A program made the translations under genes and the position numbers. From the NCBI GenBank assembly GCA_027493025.1, contig JAPUDQ010000009.1:15703-79702 (forward strand): a stretch of DNA of 64,000 nt, written 5' to 3'. The stretch comes from Candidatus Saccharimonadota bacterium (GTDB lineage Bacteria > Patescibacteriota > Saccharimonadia > Saccharimonadales > Saccharimonadaceae). The notes beneath the pieces were generated by a model. It was not told where the DNA came from and searched no databases. It saw only the letters and a program-made list of their open reading frames with translations. Positions 1 to 10,052 of this stretch are shown here, in pieces (within the stretch, counting starts at the first letter, position 1; each line of letters begins with the position of its first letter).

Positions 1-264
1 GATATATGAAATAATAAATAATCCAGCAACAAGCACCTCGATAAAAGGGCTATCCTCAATAGCCTTATGACAATAGCGACACTTGCCTCGAAGCAACATC
101 CAGCTAACGATCGGTAGCAGGTCATACCAGGCCAAAACATGATGACAGTGAGTGCACTCTGAACGCTCCCGCACAAAATCACGCTTATGCTTGATGCGCC
201 AGACAAGCGCATTGACAAAACTACCAAAACACAAACCGAGTATACCAATGGCAATAATATTCAT
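1..264 (-). CDS. pilD: Prepilin peptidase (A24/PilD family), N-terminal part; gene runs off the window start
   Basis: Not in the ORF track because there is no stop in the window. Minus-strand ATG at 264..262 translates to MNIIAIGILGLCFGSFVNALVWRIKHKRDFVRERSECTHCHHVLAWYDLLPIVSWMLLRGKCRYCHKAIEDSPFIEVLVAGLF... This shows a TM helix followed by the CxxC...CxxC region typical of prepilin peptidases. It lies directly downstream of the pilin gene. Confidence 0.75.
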   Translation of the reverse strand, partial: MNIIAIGILGLCFGSFVNALVWRIKHKRDFVRERSECTHCHHVLAWYDLLPIVSWMLLRGKCRYCHKAIEDSPFIEVLVAGLFIISYI

Positions 265-290
265 TATCTTTATGCTAACAGATTACACAC

Positions 291-323
291 AAAAAAACAT
301 CCCCAGCGTGAGGATGTTTTTTT
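291..323 (-). terminator. Rho-independent terminator/attenuator hairpin between pilin and pilD
   Basis: aaaaaaacatcc (291-302) pairs with ggatgttttttt (312-323). On the minus strand the stem is followed by a U-run. It sits 14 nt after the pilin stop. Confidence 0.7.
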
Positions 324-336
324 GTAATTATATAGA

Positions 337-807
337 CTACTGATTGTCTTGGCACGTAATGCCGGCAACTTCAAGCTTCATCGCAACAACGTAGTTACGA
401 CTGCCAACAGCTGAAACTACACTCTCTCCATTGCACTTAACTCCTGTGGCGTATGTCCACATTCCTGGTTGCGTGAGACCAGCTAAATTATTACCCGCAG
501 TCCCTGGGTCGACCCACGTATATGGTTGTCCTGAGGTTGGATCGCTCCATCCACCACTGTCTTTCAGGTACTTGTCAAGAAAAGAATTGACGCTTGTCGT
601 ATCTTGAGCTGGAACGCTACCCTTATTATTTGCCTGATACTGATTAACCTGAGCGCGGAAACGACTGACATCATTGCGTCGTTGCGTATCGCGCTGGCCT
701 TTCTGTAGCGCTGGCAAGGCGATAAAGACCATCAGGAAAATCAGTCCGGCGATTGCCAAGACAAGGACCACCTCGATAATCGTGAAGCCTTTTTGTTGTT
801 GTTTCAT
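337..807 (-). CDS. pilA: Type IV pilin (class III signal peptide)
   Basis: MKQQQKG|FTIIEVVLVLAIAGLIFLMV shows a short basic leader ending in Gly, then Phe+1, Glu+5 and a hydrophobic helix. I prefer the ATG at 807 (SD-like AAGGGGTG 4-5 nt upstream) over the GTG at 813 used by the ORF track. Confidence 0.9.
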   Translation of the reverse strand: MKQQQKGFTIIEVVLVLAIAGLIFLMVFIALPALQKGQRDTQRRNDVSRFRAQVNQYQANNKGSVPAQDTTSVNSFLDKYLKDSGGWSDPTSGQPYTWVDPGTAGNNLAGLTQPGMWTYATGVKCNGESVVSAVGSRNYVVAMKLEVAGITCQDNQ

Positions 808-885
808 ATCCACCCCTTCGGTTGTTATTGATTAACTAATATCATACGTTGATTATACCCAGAATGCACCAAAAAACACAAGCGT

Positions 886-2100
886 TTAGCGAATTGCGCC
901 GCTACTGACCAAGCCATAGATCGGCCAGAGAACTGCTCCTATGATAAGTCCCGCCATAATCGCCAGCATGACCATCAAAATCGGCTCAATAAGCGTCGAG
1001 ATAGCACGAATTGTCTGATCAAGCTCGTTCTCATAAAACGTCGCTGCCTTTCCGAGCATGGCATCGATACCGCCAGCTTGCTCGCCGATATTAATCATCT
1101 GCGGTACCAATGGCATGATGTAGTCCTCGCTCTTGAGGGCTGTCGAGAGGGCCTTACCACCCTTGACTTTATCTGCCGAACGCTTAATCGCATCTGCTAT
1201 GAGCGTATTGTTAACGGCTCGTTGGGTAATCGCTAGAGTTTCAAGCATTGGCACCCCAGAGTTCATCAGCGTCTCGGCCGTACGCGCAAATCGCGCCATA
1301 TAAAGTTTGCGAAATAGTACCCCGAACAATGGGACATTGAGCTTAAATCCGTCAAACGCGCGCCGTCCTGAATCCGTACGAATCCAGCTACGCAGCATAT
1401 AGATAGCAAAACCGGCAATAATAAGAATCAACCACCAGAATCGCTGTACAACATCAGACAGCGCAACCATTACCTGCGTGAGAAGCGGCAACTCTTGATG
1501 TAGATCTTTATAAAGGCGCCCCACCTGAGGTACGACCGTCATCAGCATAAAGATAATTACTGCGACCATTACGAACGTAACGATCAAAGGATATATCATT
1601 GCTCCCCGAATCTTGCTCATAATCTCAGCGTCTTTTTCTTGCTGGTTCGCAATTCGTTCTAGTGCCTTATCAAGAGTACCAGAAGCTTCCCCTGCGGCAA
1701 CAAGCGCTACAAACACGTCATTAAAAACGCTTGGATGTTTTGCAAATGCCACAGATAATGCCGTGCCACCTTCAACACTAATGATAATGTCTTGAGTGAT
1801 CGCCTGAAGCCTTTTATTAGCCGTTTGCGCCTGGACAGTATGGAGGCTTTGAGCTAGCGGCAAGCCAGCGTTGATGAGGGTTGCCAGCTGTCTCGTAAAG
1901 ACAACCTTATCCTTTGTCGAGATCCGGTTCATTAATTTTGATACAATGCTGGATCTCTCGACTGTTTTTTCAATCTTAAGCGGTACCATACCCTGGTCCA
2001 TCAGTAATTTGGCGGCTGCTTTTTCAGACTCCGCCTTGACTGTCGAGCGTATCTGCTTGTTGCTCGCGGTATCACGAGCCGTGTAGGCATATTCTAACAT
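886..2100 (-). CDS. pilC: Type IV pilus platform protein PilC (GspF family)
   Basis: 404 aa polytopic protein with duplicated GspF-type domains. It sits between pilT and the pilin, and its start overlaps the pilT stop by 1 nt. Confidence 0.9.
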   Translation of the reverse strand: MLEYAYTARDTASNKQIRSTVKAESEKAAAKLLMDQGMVPLKIEKTVERSSIVSKLMNRISTKDKVVFTRQLATLINAGLPLAQSLHTVQAQTANKRLQAITQDIIISVEGGTALSVAFAKHPSVFNDVFVALVAAGEASGTLDKALERIANQQEKDAEIMSKIRGAMIYPLIVTFVMVAVIIFMLMTVVPQVGRLYKDLHQELPLLTQVMVALSDVVQRFWWLILIIAGFAIYMLRSWIRTDSGRRAFDGFKLNVPLFGVLFRKLYMARFARTAETLMNSGVPMLETLAITQRAVNNTLIADAIKRSADKVKGGKALSTALKSEDYIMPLVPQMINIGEQAGGIDAMLGKAATFYENELDQTIRAISTLIEPILMVMLAIMAGLIIGAVLWPIYGLVSSGAIR

Positions 2101-3173
2101 CAGCCTCTGATCATCCTTTCAAATTCACTTAGATCAACTGCATAATTCCGAGCTTGATCGATCGTAATCGTTCCACTCTGAACCAAACTAACAAGCGTCT
2201 TGTCCATAGACTGCATCCCCTGGTCAGCTCCGGTCTGAATAACCGCATCCAGTTGATGAGATTTACCCTCACGAATGATATTACGGACGGCTGGAGTTGC
2301 TATCAATATCTCCGCAGCCACGACCCGTCCACCACCAATAGACGGAACCAGTCGTTGTGAACAAATTGCCATCAAGATATTAGCAAGCTGTGCTCGAATC
2401 TGCGGCTGCTGATGGGGCGGAAAAACATCCACCATACGATCAATTGATTGAGCGGCCGAGTTCGTATGAAGTGTCGCAAAAACCAAATGCCCGGTCTCAG
2501 CAATCGTAATCGCGGCGGATATCGTCTCAAGATCACGCATCTCACCAATCAGCACCACATCAGGGTCTTGACGAAGGCTCGAGCGAAGCGCTGCCGAGAA
2601 CGAATAAGTATCGTAGTGAACTTCGCGTTGCACAACAACCGATTTTTTCGATTTATGTGTAAACTCAATCGGATCCTCGATAGTGATAATATGATGAGAT
2701 TTTTCACTGTTAATTTTATCTACCAGAGCCGCAAGTGTCGTAGATTTGCCGGAGCCTGTCGGACCAGTGACCAACACTAACCCTCGTGGATAAGCAGCAA
2801 AATTATTCACAATCATCGGCATACCAAGCTCAGTGATGGTCTTAATCTCATTTGGAATCAACCGCAAAGCAGCAGCGAGGTTACCTCTTTCGTGGAACGC
2901 ATTTACCCGGAATCGCCCCAGATCACCAAACGCAAAGCTAAAATCAAATTCTTTGTCTTTTAGAAGGATCTGCTGCTGATCTTCATCAAGAATCGCAAAT
3001 ACCAGCTTTTCGACATCTTCAGCATTGAGCGCATTAAACCCTGCAATCGGCACGAGCGTCCCATCAATACGAAGCATTGGAGGTAATCCAATTTGGATAT
3101 GCAAATCAGAGGCCCGTTTGCGTATAACGTCCTCGAGTAGTAGTTCGATCCTAAGTTCTGGCTGTTGCTGCAT
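2100..3173 (-). CDS. pilT: Twitching-motility retraction ATPase PilT
   Basis: 357 aa with Walker A VTGPTGSGKSTT. Length and sequence are PilT-like (ASDLHIQIG...). Confidence 0.9.
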   Translation of the reverse strand: MQQQPELRIELLLEDVIRKRASDLHIQIGLPPMLRIDGTLVPIAGFNALNAEDVEKLVFAILDEDQQQILLKDKEFDFSFAFGDLGRFRVNAFHERGNLAAALRLIPNEIKTITELGMPMIVNNFAAYPRGLVLVTGPTGSGKSTTLAALVDKINSEKSHHIITIEDPIEFTHKSKKSVVVQREVHYDTYSFSAALRSSLRQDPDVVLIGEMRDLETISAAITIAETGHLVFATLHTNSAAQSIDRMVDVFPPHQQPQIRAQLANILMAICSQRLVPSIGGGRVVAAEILIATPAVRNIIREGKSHQLDAVIQTGADQGMQSMDKTLVSLVQSGTITIDQARNYAVDLSEFERMIRG

Positions 3174-3187
3174 ATCTTCCCTCCCTT

Positions 3188-4969
3188 TTATGCCATATTC
3201 GCCGCAACGCGATTCACTTCCTCTAATGTTGTTAACCCTTCGAGTGCTTTGAGATATCCATCTTGCCGCATCGTTACCATACCTTCGTAAACCGCTTGGC
3301 GCTGGATTTCGGCGCTGGTTGCGTGGCGGACAATGAGAGTTTGGATTTGTTCTGACACATCCATGACTTCATACAATCCCATTCGCCCCTTATATCCCCC
3401 GGGTGTCTTGGGGTTATCAATCCCCTTGACTAAAGTATACGAGGTTTGGCCGCTAAGCGGAAGCGTTTTATGACCCAAATCAGCAGAAATTGCGGGAATG
3501 GACGCTTGGTCTTTCGGTAGCAGCATCCCAATCGTCTCCTGAATACTCTTTGTCTCCAGCTCGTTTGAGGTATAGGTCTGCTTCTTATCAGCAAGACGCC
3601 GCACGAGGCGTTGTCCGATTACCGTGTTGACAGTACTAGCAATTAAAAATGGTTCAATCCCCATATCCAATAATCGTGGCAAAACACCTGCTGCCGAGTT
3701 AGTATGAAGCGTACTAAAGACAAGGTGGCCCGTGAGTGCTGCCTGAACTGCCAGGTTTGCTGTCTCCGCATCACGAATCTCCCCTACCATTACCACATTT
3801 GGATCTTGACGCAAAATAGAGCGCAACCCACTCGCAAACGTTAGTCCAACATCAGTATTTACCTGAATCTGATTCACACCGGAAATTTTGTATTCAACCG
3901 GATCTTCAAGAGTAACAATATTGATAGAATCATCAAATATCTCCTGGATTAGGGCGTACATACTCGTCGACTTACCGGAACCAGTCGGACCTGAAGTAAG
4001 AATCATACCGTTGGGTTTCCGAATACCTTTTCTAATCATCCTCAGTGCTCGACCCGCATATCCCATCTCTTCTAGTTTGAATGAACTACCGGACTTGTCC
4101 AAAAGACGGATTACTACCTGCTCACCCCACACAACAGGGCTAATCGCAATACGCAAGTCAACATCTTTATCGGCAGCATGTACGGCAAACTGTCCATCCT
4201 GCGGGATGCGATGTTCATCAATTTTGAGATTACTTAAGATCTTTATACGAGAGATCAGGGCTGGCTCAATACTCTTTGGCAATTTCATCACTTCACGAAG
4301 TACTCCATCAATCCGACAACGGATCTTGAGCGCATCCTCGAGCGGCTCAATATGAATGTCTGAGGCACGTGACCGTACCGCATATTCAAGGATAGTGCTT
4401 AGCGCTCGAGAGATCGGGGAATCTTGAACGATGGTTTTAATATCTTGCCCATCACCAAGAGTAGCTTTCTCGGCCGCCTCCTCGCGCTTTGCCGATTTCA
4501 CCGCATCACTCACTCCTCCCGCCAGATCCGTATGGTACTGGCTGAGAATATTGCGAATCCCTGACTCTGAGGCCATGTAAACTTTGAGCGGCCGTTTGAT
4601 TTTGTTTGACAAGAAATCAACTGCTTGAACATTATTTGCATCAAGCATTGCTACCGCTAAGCGTTTTTGCATCTCTCCCAGCGGTACCGCCATATAACGC
4701 TCCGCAATATCAAACGGTAGTAGATCAAGAACCTTTACGTCAATCTGCGCTTCCGACAAGTTTACATACGGAACACTCGATATTGAAGCAATGTGTTTTG
4801 TCAGAACTTCGTCATTAATAATATCATCCGCCAACAACAACTCTATGAGAGCCTTACCCTCAGTTAATGCCCTCTGGTGATATCCTTCAAGTTTCTCTGT
4901 CGTTATGACACCTTCAGCAACAAGCTCATCCTCAAGCTTCTTCTGCAACTCTTCTGTCAGAACGGACAT
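3188..4969 (-). CDS. pilB: Type IV pilus assembly ATPase PilB (GspE family)
   Basis: 593 aa with a GspE-type N-terminal domain, Walker A TSGPTGSGKSTS and the Asp/His boxes. Confidence 0.9.
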   Translation of the reverse strand: MSVLTEELQKKLEDELVAEGVITTEKLEGYHQRALTEGKALIELLLADDIINDEVLTKHIASISSVPYVNLSEAQIDVKVLDLLPFDIAERYMAVPLGEMQKRLAVAMLDANNVQAVDFLSNKIKRPLKVYMASESGIRNILSQYHTDLAGGVSDAVKSAKREEAAEKATLGDGQDIKTIVQDSPISRALSTILEYAVRSRASDIHIEPLEDALKIRCRIDGVLREVMKLPKSIEPALISRIKILSNLKIDEHRIPQDGQFAVHAADKDVDLRIAISPVVWGEQVVIRLLDKSGSSFKLEEMGYAGRALRMIRKGIRKPNGMILTSGPTGSGKSTSMYALIQEIFDDSINIVTLEDPVEYKISGVNQIQVNTDVGLTFASGLRSILRQDPNVVMVGEIRDAETANLAVQAALTGHLVFSTLHTNSAAGVLPRLLDMGIEPFLIASTVNTVIGQRLVRRLADKKQTYTSNELETKSIQETIGMLLPKDQASIPAISADLGHKTLPLSGQTSYTLVKGIDNPKTPGGYKGRMGLYEVMDVSEQIQTLIVRHATSAEIQRQAVYEGMVTMRQDGYLKALEGLTTLEEVNRVAANMA

Positions 4970-4980
4970 AAATAAACGCC

Positions 4981-5229
4981 CTACTGCCCGTTAAACGGCT
5001 GGTTGTTTGCTTGATCGCCAATCTTTACTTTGATCGTTGGGTTGAGAGCTTCTTTGTTAAATACCGCGGGATTCGGCTGCGTCACCACTGTCGAAATAGG
5101 TGCGGCCACTTTAACATTTACTGGTTTCTGGCTGCCATTTGATTGGACAATGGAATTGATCAGAAAATAGCTAGAGAGTGCTGATATACCGACAATAACG
5201 ATGAGTAGTGCAATTTCGTTACGTTTCAT
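4981..5229 (-). CDS. Small membrane-anchored protein in the pilus operon (function unknown)
   Basis: 82 aa with an N-terminal TM helix. Its start overlaps the pilO-like stop by 4 nt. Confidence 0.6.
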   Translation of the reverse strand: MKRNEIALLIVIVGISALSSYFLINSIVQSNGSQKPVNVKVAAPISTVVTQPNPAVFNKEALNPTIKVKIGDQANNQPFNGQ

Positions 5230-5912
5230 GGCTTGACCGCCTCCTCCGTTAGAGCTGTTGTTTTTGGTGATGCGTAATACGTTACTGCCTCAATATCTGC
5301 CATGAGCTTAGTACCGTTGCCGCTAAGTACGATTTTCTGAATACTTATTGGACGGATTGATCGATGCATATCTTCAAAACACTTTTTTAACTGATCATAG
5401 GAGCCACTGACACGGACGACAAAAGGCACTTCAGTAGCCGTAGATGATGCCGTATTCTTTACAGACGTAGCCATACCGCCGCCGTTGGTAAATGTGTTCG
5501 TTGACAATGACTCAATCGTAACCCCTGACTTAGCCAAAACAGCTTGTTGAAGCGAGGTGGCAAGTGCAACACGATCGTCAACCGTCGGCATTGCGTCAAT
5601 AATAGGCTGAAGTGCGATATCCGTTGGCTCAACTTTGAGCGCTGCCAGTTCGGGATTTGCCATGAGCTTGGATACTTCTTGCTTAAGCGGTACGTAGTTC
5701 TTTATATTACGATCAAGTGTTGCATTGGTATTCATCATTTTGCCAATAATGCGATTTTTGAACATAAACTCTTTAAACAAGAACTGTGAGAGAACTAACG
5801 ATATTGTAACCAGTACCGCGGCAACCGTTACCCACAAGAATACGGATTTGTTGGCACTTTGTATCTGCTGACGTTTCTTAAGTCCAGTAATCCCTGGCTG
5901 TTTAGTTTCCAT
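5226..5912 (-). CDS. pilO: PilO-like pilus alignment protein
   Basis: N-terminal TM helix plus a coiled-coil region, in the position after pilN. I trimmed the start to ATG 5912 (METKQPG...), which has GGAGG upstream. The longer ORF-track start (6005) would overlap pilN by about 100 nt. Confidence 0.6.
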   Translation of the reverse strand: METKQPGITGLKKRQQIQSANKSVFLWVTVAAVLVTISLVLSQFLFKEFMFKNRIIGKMMNTNATLDRNIKNYVPLKQEVSKLMANPELAALKVEPTDIALQPIIDAMPTVDDRVALATSLQQAVLAKSGVTIESLSTNTFTNGGGMATSVKNTASSTATEVPFVVRVSGSYDQLKKCFEDMHRSIRPISIQKIVLSGNGTKLMADIEAVTYYASPKTTALTEEAVKP

Positions 5913-6630
5913 TATTGCCTCCCTGCGCATTATTAGCTGGCGGTGTCGCAAAAATTTCTTTCGGTGCATTCTTATCAGCATCAGACGTAACCATACGCGG
6001 AACAATTAGTTTTGTATAAGCGTTCTGCGAATCAAAAGCTTCGGGAGCATAGGTAACTTCAAAATTAAAGGCCGTTACGGCTTTACCATTTCCGGAGGAG
6101 AAATTTGCTTCACTGATCGTCACTGATGGGAAAAACGGAATCTCTTTATTATCCTGTCCGACAAAGTATGACAAACGAGCATTTTCAATGGCATTTTTAA
6201 AATTATTGACTGTCTCAAAATTGGGTGCCCCACCAACAAACTTCATAACATTGGTCTTTTTTTCAACGGTAAAATTATACAGTGATATGTTGTATGGTGG
6301 TGCTGGGTTTAGCTGTTGAAGATAATCAAACAGACGAGCATAGGTTGATCGGCTAGTGCTGATAGAATCAATAGCGGCTAGTTGATTTTGAATCGAAAGA
6401 TATTTATCAATCTCAGGTTTCGCAGAAAGCTTTTTATGATTTTCCGTTATTTGATTACTCTGCTGGGCAATCACAAGACTCTGACCGATATAAACCGTCA
6501 TCGCAAGCAACACTACAAGACCAACCGCAATAATAGAAACTAATATGGAGGTAGATACTACCATATTGCGCGTACGCTGTGCTTTAAGATACTCTTTCTT
6601 AATATCAGGTAGTAAATTGAGCGTTATCAT
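5902..6630 (-). CDS. pilN: PilN-like pilus alignment protein
   Basis: MITLNLLPDIKKEY... carries the INLLP-type motif followed by a TM helix. It overlaps pilM by 4 nt. Confidence 0.7.
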   Translation of the reverse strand: MITLNLLPDIKKEYLKAQRTRNMVVSTSILVSIIAVGLVVLLAMTVYIGQSLVIAQQSNQITENHKKLSAKPEIDKYLSIQNQLAAIDSISTSRSTYARLFDYLQQLNPAPPYNISLYNFTVEKKTNVMKFVGGAPNFETVNNFKNAIENARLSYFVGQDNKEIPFFPSVTISEANFSSGNGKAVTAFNFEVTYAPEAFDSQNAYTKLIVPRMVTSDADKNAPKEIFATPPANNAQGGNNGN

Positions 6631-7670
6631 GATTCTCTCCTTTGTGCAAGACCGACCGCAACCGCAAACTGCGATGAGATTGGCTGAAGCGTGGCTTGAT
6701 CACCACTGGAGACCCGTACGCGCTGCCATGGGGTCGCAACCTGAACGGGAAGATTGATCTTCTTTGACAAGTAATCACCAATTCCTGGAATAGTCGCCGC
6801 ATATCCTGATAGCAACGCCGTTGACAAGACAATTGTCGGATATTTTGTCTGGAAGAATTTAACTGATTTTGTCACCTCAGACGAAAACTGGTCAATGGTT
6901 GCATCAAGCGCCCGCGCTACCTGTCCCTCTAACTTTGAAGGATCAACACCAAATTTATTAATAAATTGCGCCGCTTGTTGCTCTTCGATATTGAGATTTT
7001 GAACCGCAGCTTTAGTGAGTGAATGGAATCCTGTTGGCACTGAACGAATCAACCGAGGCGTGTCGCCAATAGTCATTACAATGTCGCTGGCAAAATCATT
7101 TATATCAATAATAAGTGCCGCTCCTTGCACGCCAGATGGGAGCAAGGATCGGCAAATCGCAAGAGAATCAGGCTCAATCGCTACAACATTTAACCCAAGA
7201 CCTTCTATCATATCAAGCCGCTGCTCTGAGAACGTATTTGACACGCTAGCGAGTAAGATTTCATTCTTTGTGGCATCTTTAGGTGATTTTCCAAGCACAG
7301 CCCAATCAATTTTTGCTTCGTCAAGACTCATTGGAATATATTGTTCCGCTTGATATTTAATAGTACTTGCCAGTTCAGCCGGAGGCATATCAGGCAGCTC
7401 TACAACTGTCGCAAACATACGATTAGATGGAATACCGATAACGACATCCTTGGTACTAACCCCGCTTTGTCCGATAGCGGTGGTGATAACCTCGGCAAGA
7501 CGGCGTTGATCTTCCGCGGCATCACTAGTTGCTATTTTGATATCAACTGGTACCGCCGCGTATTTCACGAGGTTCCAGCTATCTCCACTGCCTGATAGTT
7601 GAACGACTCGGACAGCCGTTGTACCAATGTCAAGCGCGAAGAATTCGCCCACCGAACTAAATATCTTCAT
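6627..7670 (-). CDS. pilM: PilM, actin-like pilus assembly ATPase
   Basis: 347 aa. FALDIGTTAVRVVQL is the phosphate-1 motif of the actin/Hsp70 fold. Gene order is pilM-N-O. Confidence 0.85.
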   Translation of the reverse strand: MKIFSSVGEFFALDIGTTAVRVVQLSGSGDSWNLVKYAAVPVDIKIATSDAAEDQRRLAEVITTAIGQSGVSTKDVVIGIPSNRMFATVVELPDMPPAELASTIKYQAEQYIPMSLDEAKIDWAVLGKSPKDATKNEILLASVSNTFSEQRLDMIEGLGLNVVAIEPDSLAICRSLLPSGVQGAALIIDINDFASDIVMTIGDTPRLIRSVPTGFHSLTKAAVQNLNIEEQQAAQFINKFGVDPSKLEGQVARALDATIDQFSSEVTKSVKFFQTKYPTIVLSTALLSGYAATIPGIGDYLSKKINLPVQVATPWQRVRVSSGDQATLQPISSQFAVAVGLAQRRES

Positions 7671-7679
7671 ATTACGTTT

Positions 7680-7688
7680 ATTATAGCA
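7680..7688 (-). promoter_or_regulatory. Extended -10 box TGCTATAAT, 9 nt upstream of the pilM ATG
   Basis: The reverse complement of 7680-7688 is tgctataat. Confidence 0.45.
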
Positions 7689-7730
7689 TAAGCAAATTAA
7701 ATAAAAGGGTTTTCTCTGCCAAAATCACTT

Positions 7731-10052
7731 CTAATACCGTGGCGGTAGTTCTTGTGTAAAATCAGTCGTTATACCTGTCGGGCTAGAGCTCTGCTCAAAT
7801 GTACTCAAATAAACTTCTGGCCGGTGTACAAACATTTCAGCTGGCGCAGAACCAGATAGCCCACCGTGAGTCCGCGGCGTGACAAGCTTGGTAGTTATCA
7901 CTGATCCGTTAACACGGAAAGGATTTTTACAGGTGCCACCCATTTTGATAGCTTCTTTATTGGTATTAGGGTTGTCCCCTGCCTCAATACAGCTATGAAA
8001 AATACCGCGAGCATAAAAGACCCCCGTAAGCGACGTTACGTTAGCAGTTACATTAATGCGTTCAGCGATAATTATCAACGACGGCACTTGCGCAAACGAT
8101 AGCGCACCATTTGCATAGTCAATGTTACCCGTAAGAGTAACCGTCTGTCCTGGTGCATAGATGATGACATTTTTACCAAGCGCCAACGTCTCTCCGCCAA
8201 GGGTTAATGGCGCAGTAATCACATTTAGTCGATTTGCCGTATTTAAACTACCTCCGACCCACGTGGTCGTACCGATAGCATCTCGTAATGTTTTATACAT
8301 ATCTGCATAGTTATCAATACAATGTCGATCCACATAATATCCGCCTGTCCCCTTTGCGCCTGAAGGTAGCGATGAATTAGCAAACATCAAATGATTTTTG
8401 ATCGGAGAAACAAGCGTACCGCTAGAATAAATATTCTCTATCCCACCGACCGACAACGTACCATACTCTCCAAAAGATCCGACTCCCTGTAGAGATGACC
8501 CCCTAAACTGGCCAAGATCAGTACAGGTTTCCTGCGACATTCCTCCACCCGCAAATACATCACCGCCAACCACTCCAAGATATGGAGACGCAGCAAGCAT
8601 CGTACAACTTGGAATACTATCTCGTGAGTTTGGTTTAGGACTTTGATTTTTTGGATCAATCGACAAGACACGGCATATTTGAGTTCCTGGCGAGTAGCTG
8701 GCGAGCGAAAGTGTATGGTTTCCCACAGATGCTGTTGTGTTACTTGTGAACGTACGAGCTGGAAGTGTTGCAACATTATTACAGGTGATACCAGGTCCCA
8801 TAGAGGTATACGTTGCACAACTCGCATTCTCATGTGCTGTTTTCATGCCAGCTGGCAATTCAACGCCTGGTGCTATAACAATTTGGCGCACCGTAAAGTC
8901 AGTCGACTGACTTGTGCTTGCAGTGGCGCTGGTCTTACTGACACTATACGCGTACGTTGCGTCACCGCCAATTGCTGTTACTCCAGAAGCTACCGTTACT
9001 GATGGTGTTAGTTCATATGCAGATGGCGGCGGACCCGTTACTGACACACACTTCTGTTCACTGGACTGGGTTCCTGTAGAGGGGGTAGCGGGATTATACG
9101 AAATATTTTGACAATACTGCGTGCCTATAGTCGCGTTGGCTGGAATTGTTGCCGTATCCGTAACCGTCACGGTCGCACCTGTGTTAATCGTAATTGTTCC
9201 GTTAGAGTTTTTACTAGTACCGATTGTGCCAGAAGTCTGCCACCAAATACCCGTTGCATTGTTAGGACCAACATTTTTAATCGTATGCGTAAACGTAACC
9301 GATGCCCCAGGCGTAGCCGTAGCTGAATTGACATTCGAGCTACCGTTTAATTGCCAGCTCGGTGGCGTATAAGGGATAATACTTACTCCATCGGTAAAGC
9401 TAGCCGGACTGGCCGTCTCGTAATTAAATGCTGCCACAATTTGACTGTTGTAATAGATAACTACGGTCCGCAAATACGGATCAGGGAACCACTCAAAGTA
9501 ACCGTCACCATCTCTACCGTTATTAAGTCCTCCCGCACTATGACTATTATTATAAGATACGTTGTTATTGATAGAGACTCCTGGTTGGCGTAACCGCTGT
9601 TCGACGTCATTTACAACGCTATCGGGTATATTACTACCACCCATTGCTTGTGCACTATCACCCCCTATATTGGCCAGATTATAGTACATAAAAGCTGATG
9701 TTCCCCAGGTACGATTATCTTTAGATGCTCGATATGATCGCAGAGTCGATAGAAACTGATCGATCGTCGATACGCCCTCTAACGCTGGAACCCATGCACC
9801 ATTGACAAGTTTACGAGGCAATGTATAGCCCCTATCGCCGTTTTGATCAGCATATCGCATAGGGGGATTTGTATTGTTATAGGGTATACACTGATTTCCA
9901 TAGAAGGTATACGAAGTAGTATGATACGTATCCCACGGCTGACAGAAGTTACGATTCTCACGAAAATAAGCCGACGCTGTTGCACTACCAAATAATGTCA
10001 CCCCTGAAATAACAGCAAGAAAAATAGCTATAATCTTTACGCGATGACTCAT
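7731..10052 (-). CDS. Large secreted protein at the head of the pilus operon (possible pilus-associated adhesin)
   Basis: 773 aa with a Sec signal peptide (IAIFLAVISGVTLFGSATASA). It has Thr/Ser-rich Ig-like segments such as ATPGASVTFTHTIKNVGPNNATG (CARDB/DUF11-like). There is no prepilin motif. Confidence 0.75.
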   Translation of the reverse strand: MSHRVKIIAIFLAVISGVTLFGSATASAYFRENRNFCQPWDTYHTTSYTFYGNQCIPYNNTNPPMRYADQNGDRGYTLPRKLVNGAWVPALEGVSTIDQFLSTLRSYRASKDNRTWGTSAFMYYNLANIGGDSAQAMGGSNIPDSVVNDVEQRLRQPGVSINNNVSYNNSHSAGGLNNGRDGDGYFEWFPDPYLRTVVIYYNSQIVAAFNYETASPASFTDGVSIIPYTPPSWQLNGSSNVNSATATPGASVTFTHTIKNVGPNNATGIWWQTSGTIGTSKNSNGTITINTGATVTVTDTATIPANATIGTQYCQNISYNPATPSTGTQSSEQKCVSVTGPPPSAYELTPSVTVASGVTAIGGDATYAYSVSKTSATASTSQSTDFTVRQIVIAPGVELPAGMKTAHENASCATYTSMGPGITCNNVATLPARTFTSNTTASVGNHTLSLASYSPGTQICRVLSIDPKNQSPKPNSRDSIPSCTMLAASPYLGVVGGDVFAGGGMSQETCTDLGQFRGSSLQGVGSFGEYGTLSVGGIENIYSSGTLVSPIKNHLMFANSSLPSGAKGTGGYYVDRHCIDNYADMYKTLRDAIGTTTWVGGSLNTANRLNVITAPLTLGGETLALGKNVIIYAPGQTVTLTGNIDYANGALSFAQVPSLIIIAERINVTANVTSLTGVFYARGIFHSCIEAGDNPNTNKEAIKMGGTCKNPFRVNGSVITTKLVTPRTHGGLSGSAPAEMFVHRPEVYLSTFEQSSSPTGITTDFTQELPPRY

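Noticed and set aside
152-343. Plus-strand 63-aa ORF between pilD and the pilin gene
   Set aside because: It has a GTG start and overlaps the pilD 5' coding region on the opposite strand as well as the terminator hairpin. It has no SD or promoter, and the sequence looks like an antisense artefact.
5913-6005. N-terminal extensions of several ORF-track entries (5226..6005, 28178..30355, 45142..46305, 46031..46810, 52959..54035, 40981..41937, 55548..55985)
   Set aside because: The extended parts overlap the upstream gene, are rich in Arg/Leu read-through sequence, and come before internal ATGs. Those internal ATGs have an SD or -10 signal and produce proper signal peptides or conserved N-termini. 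I trimmed the starts accordingly.
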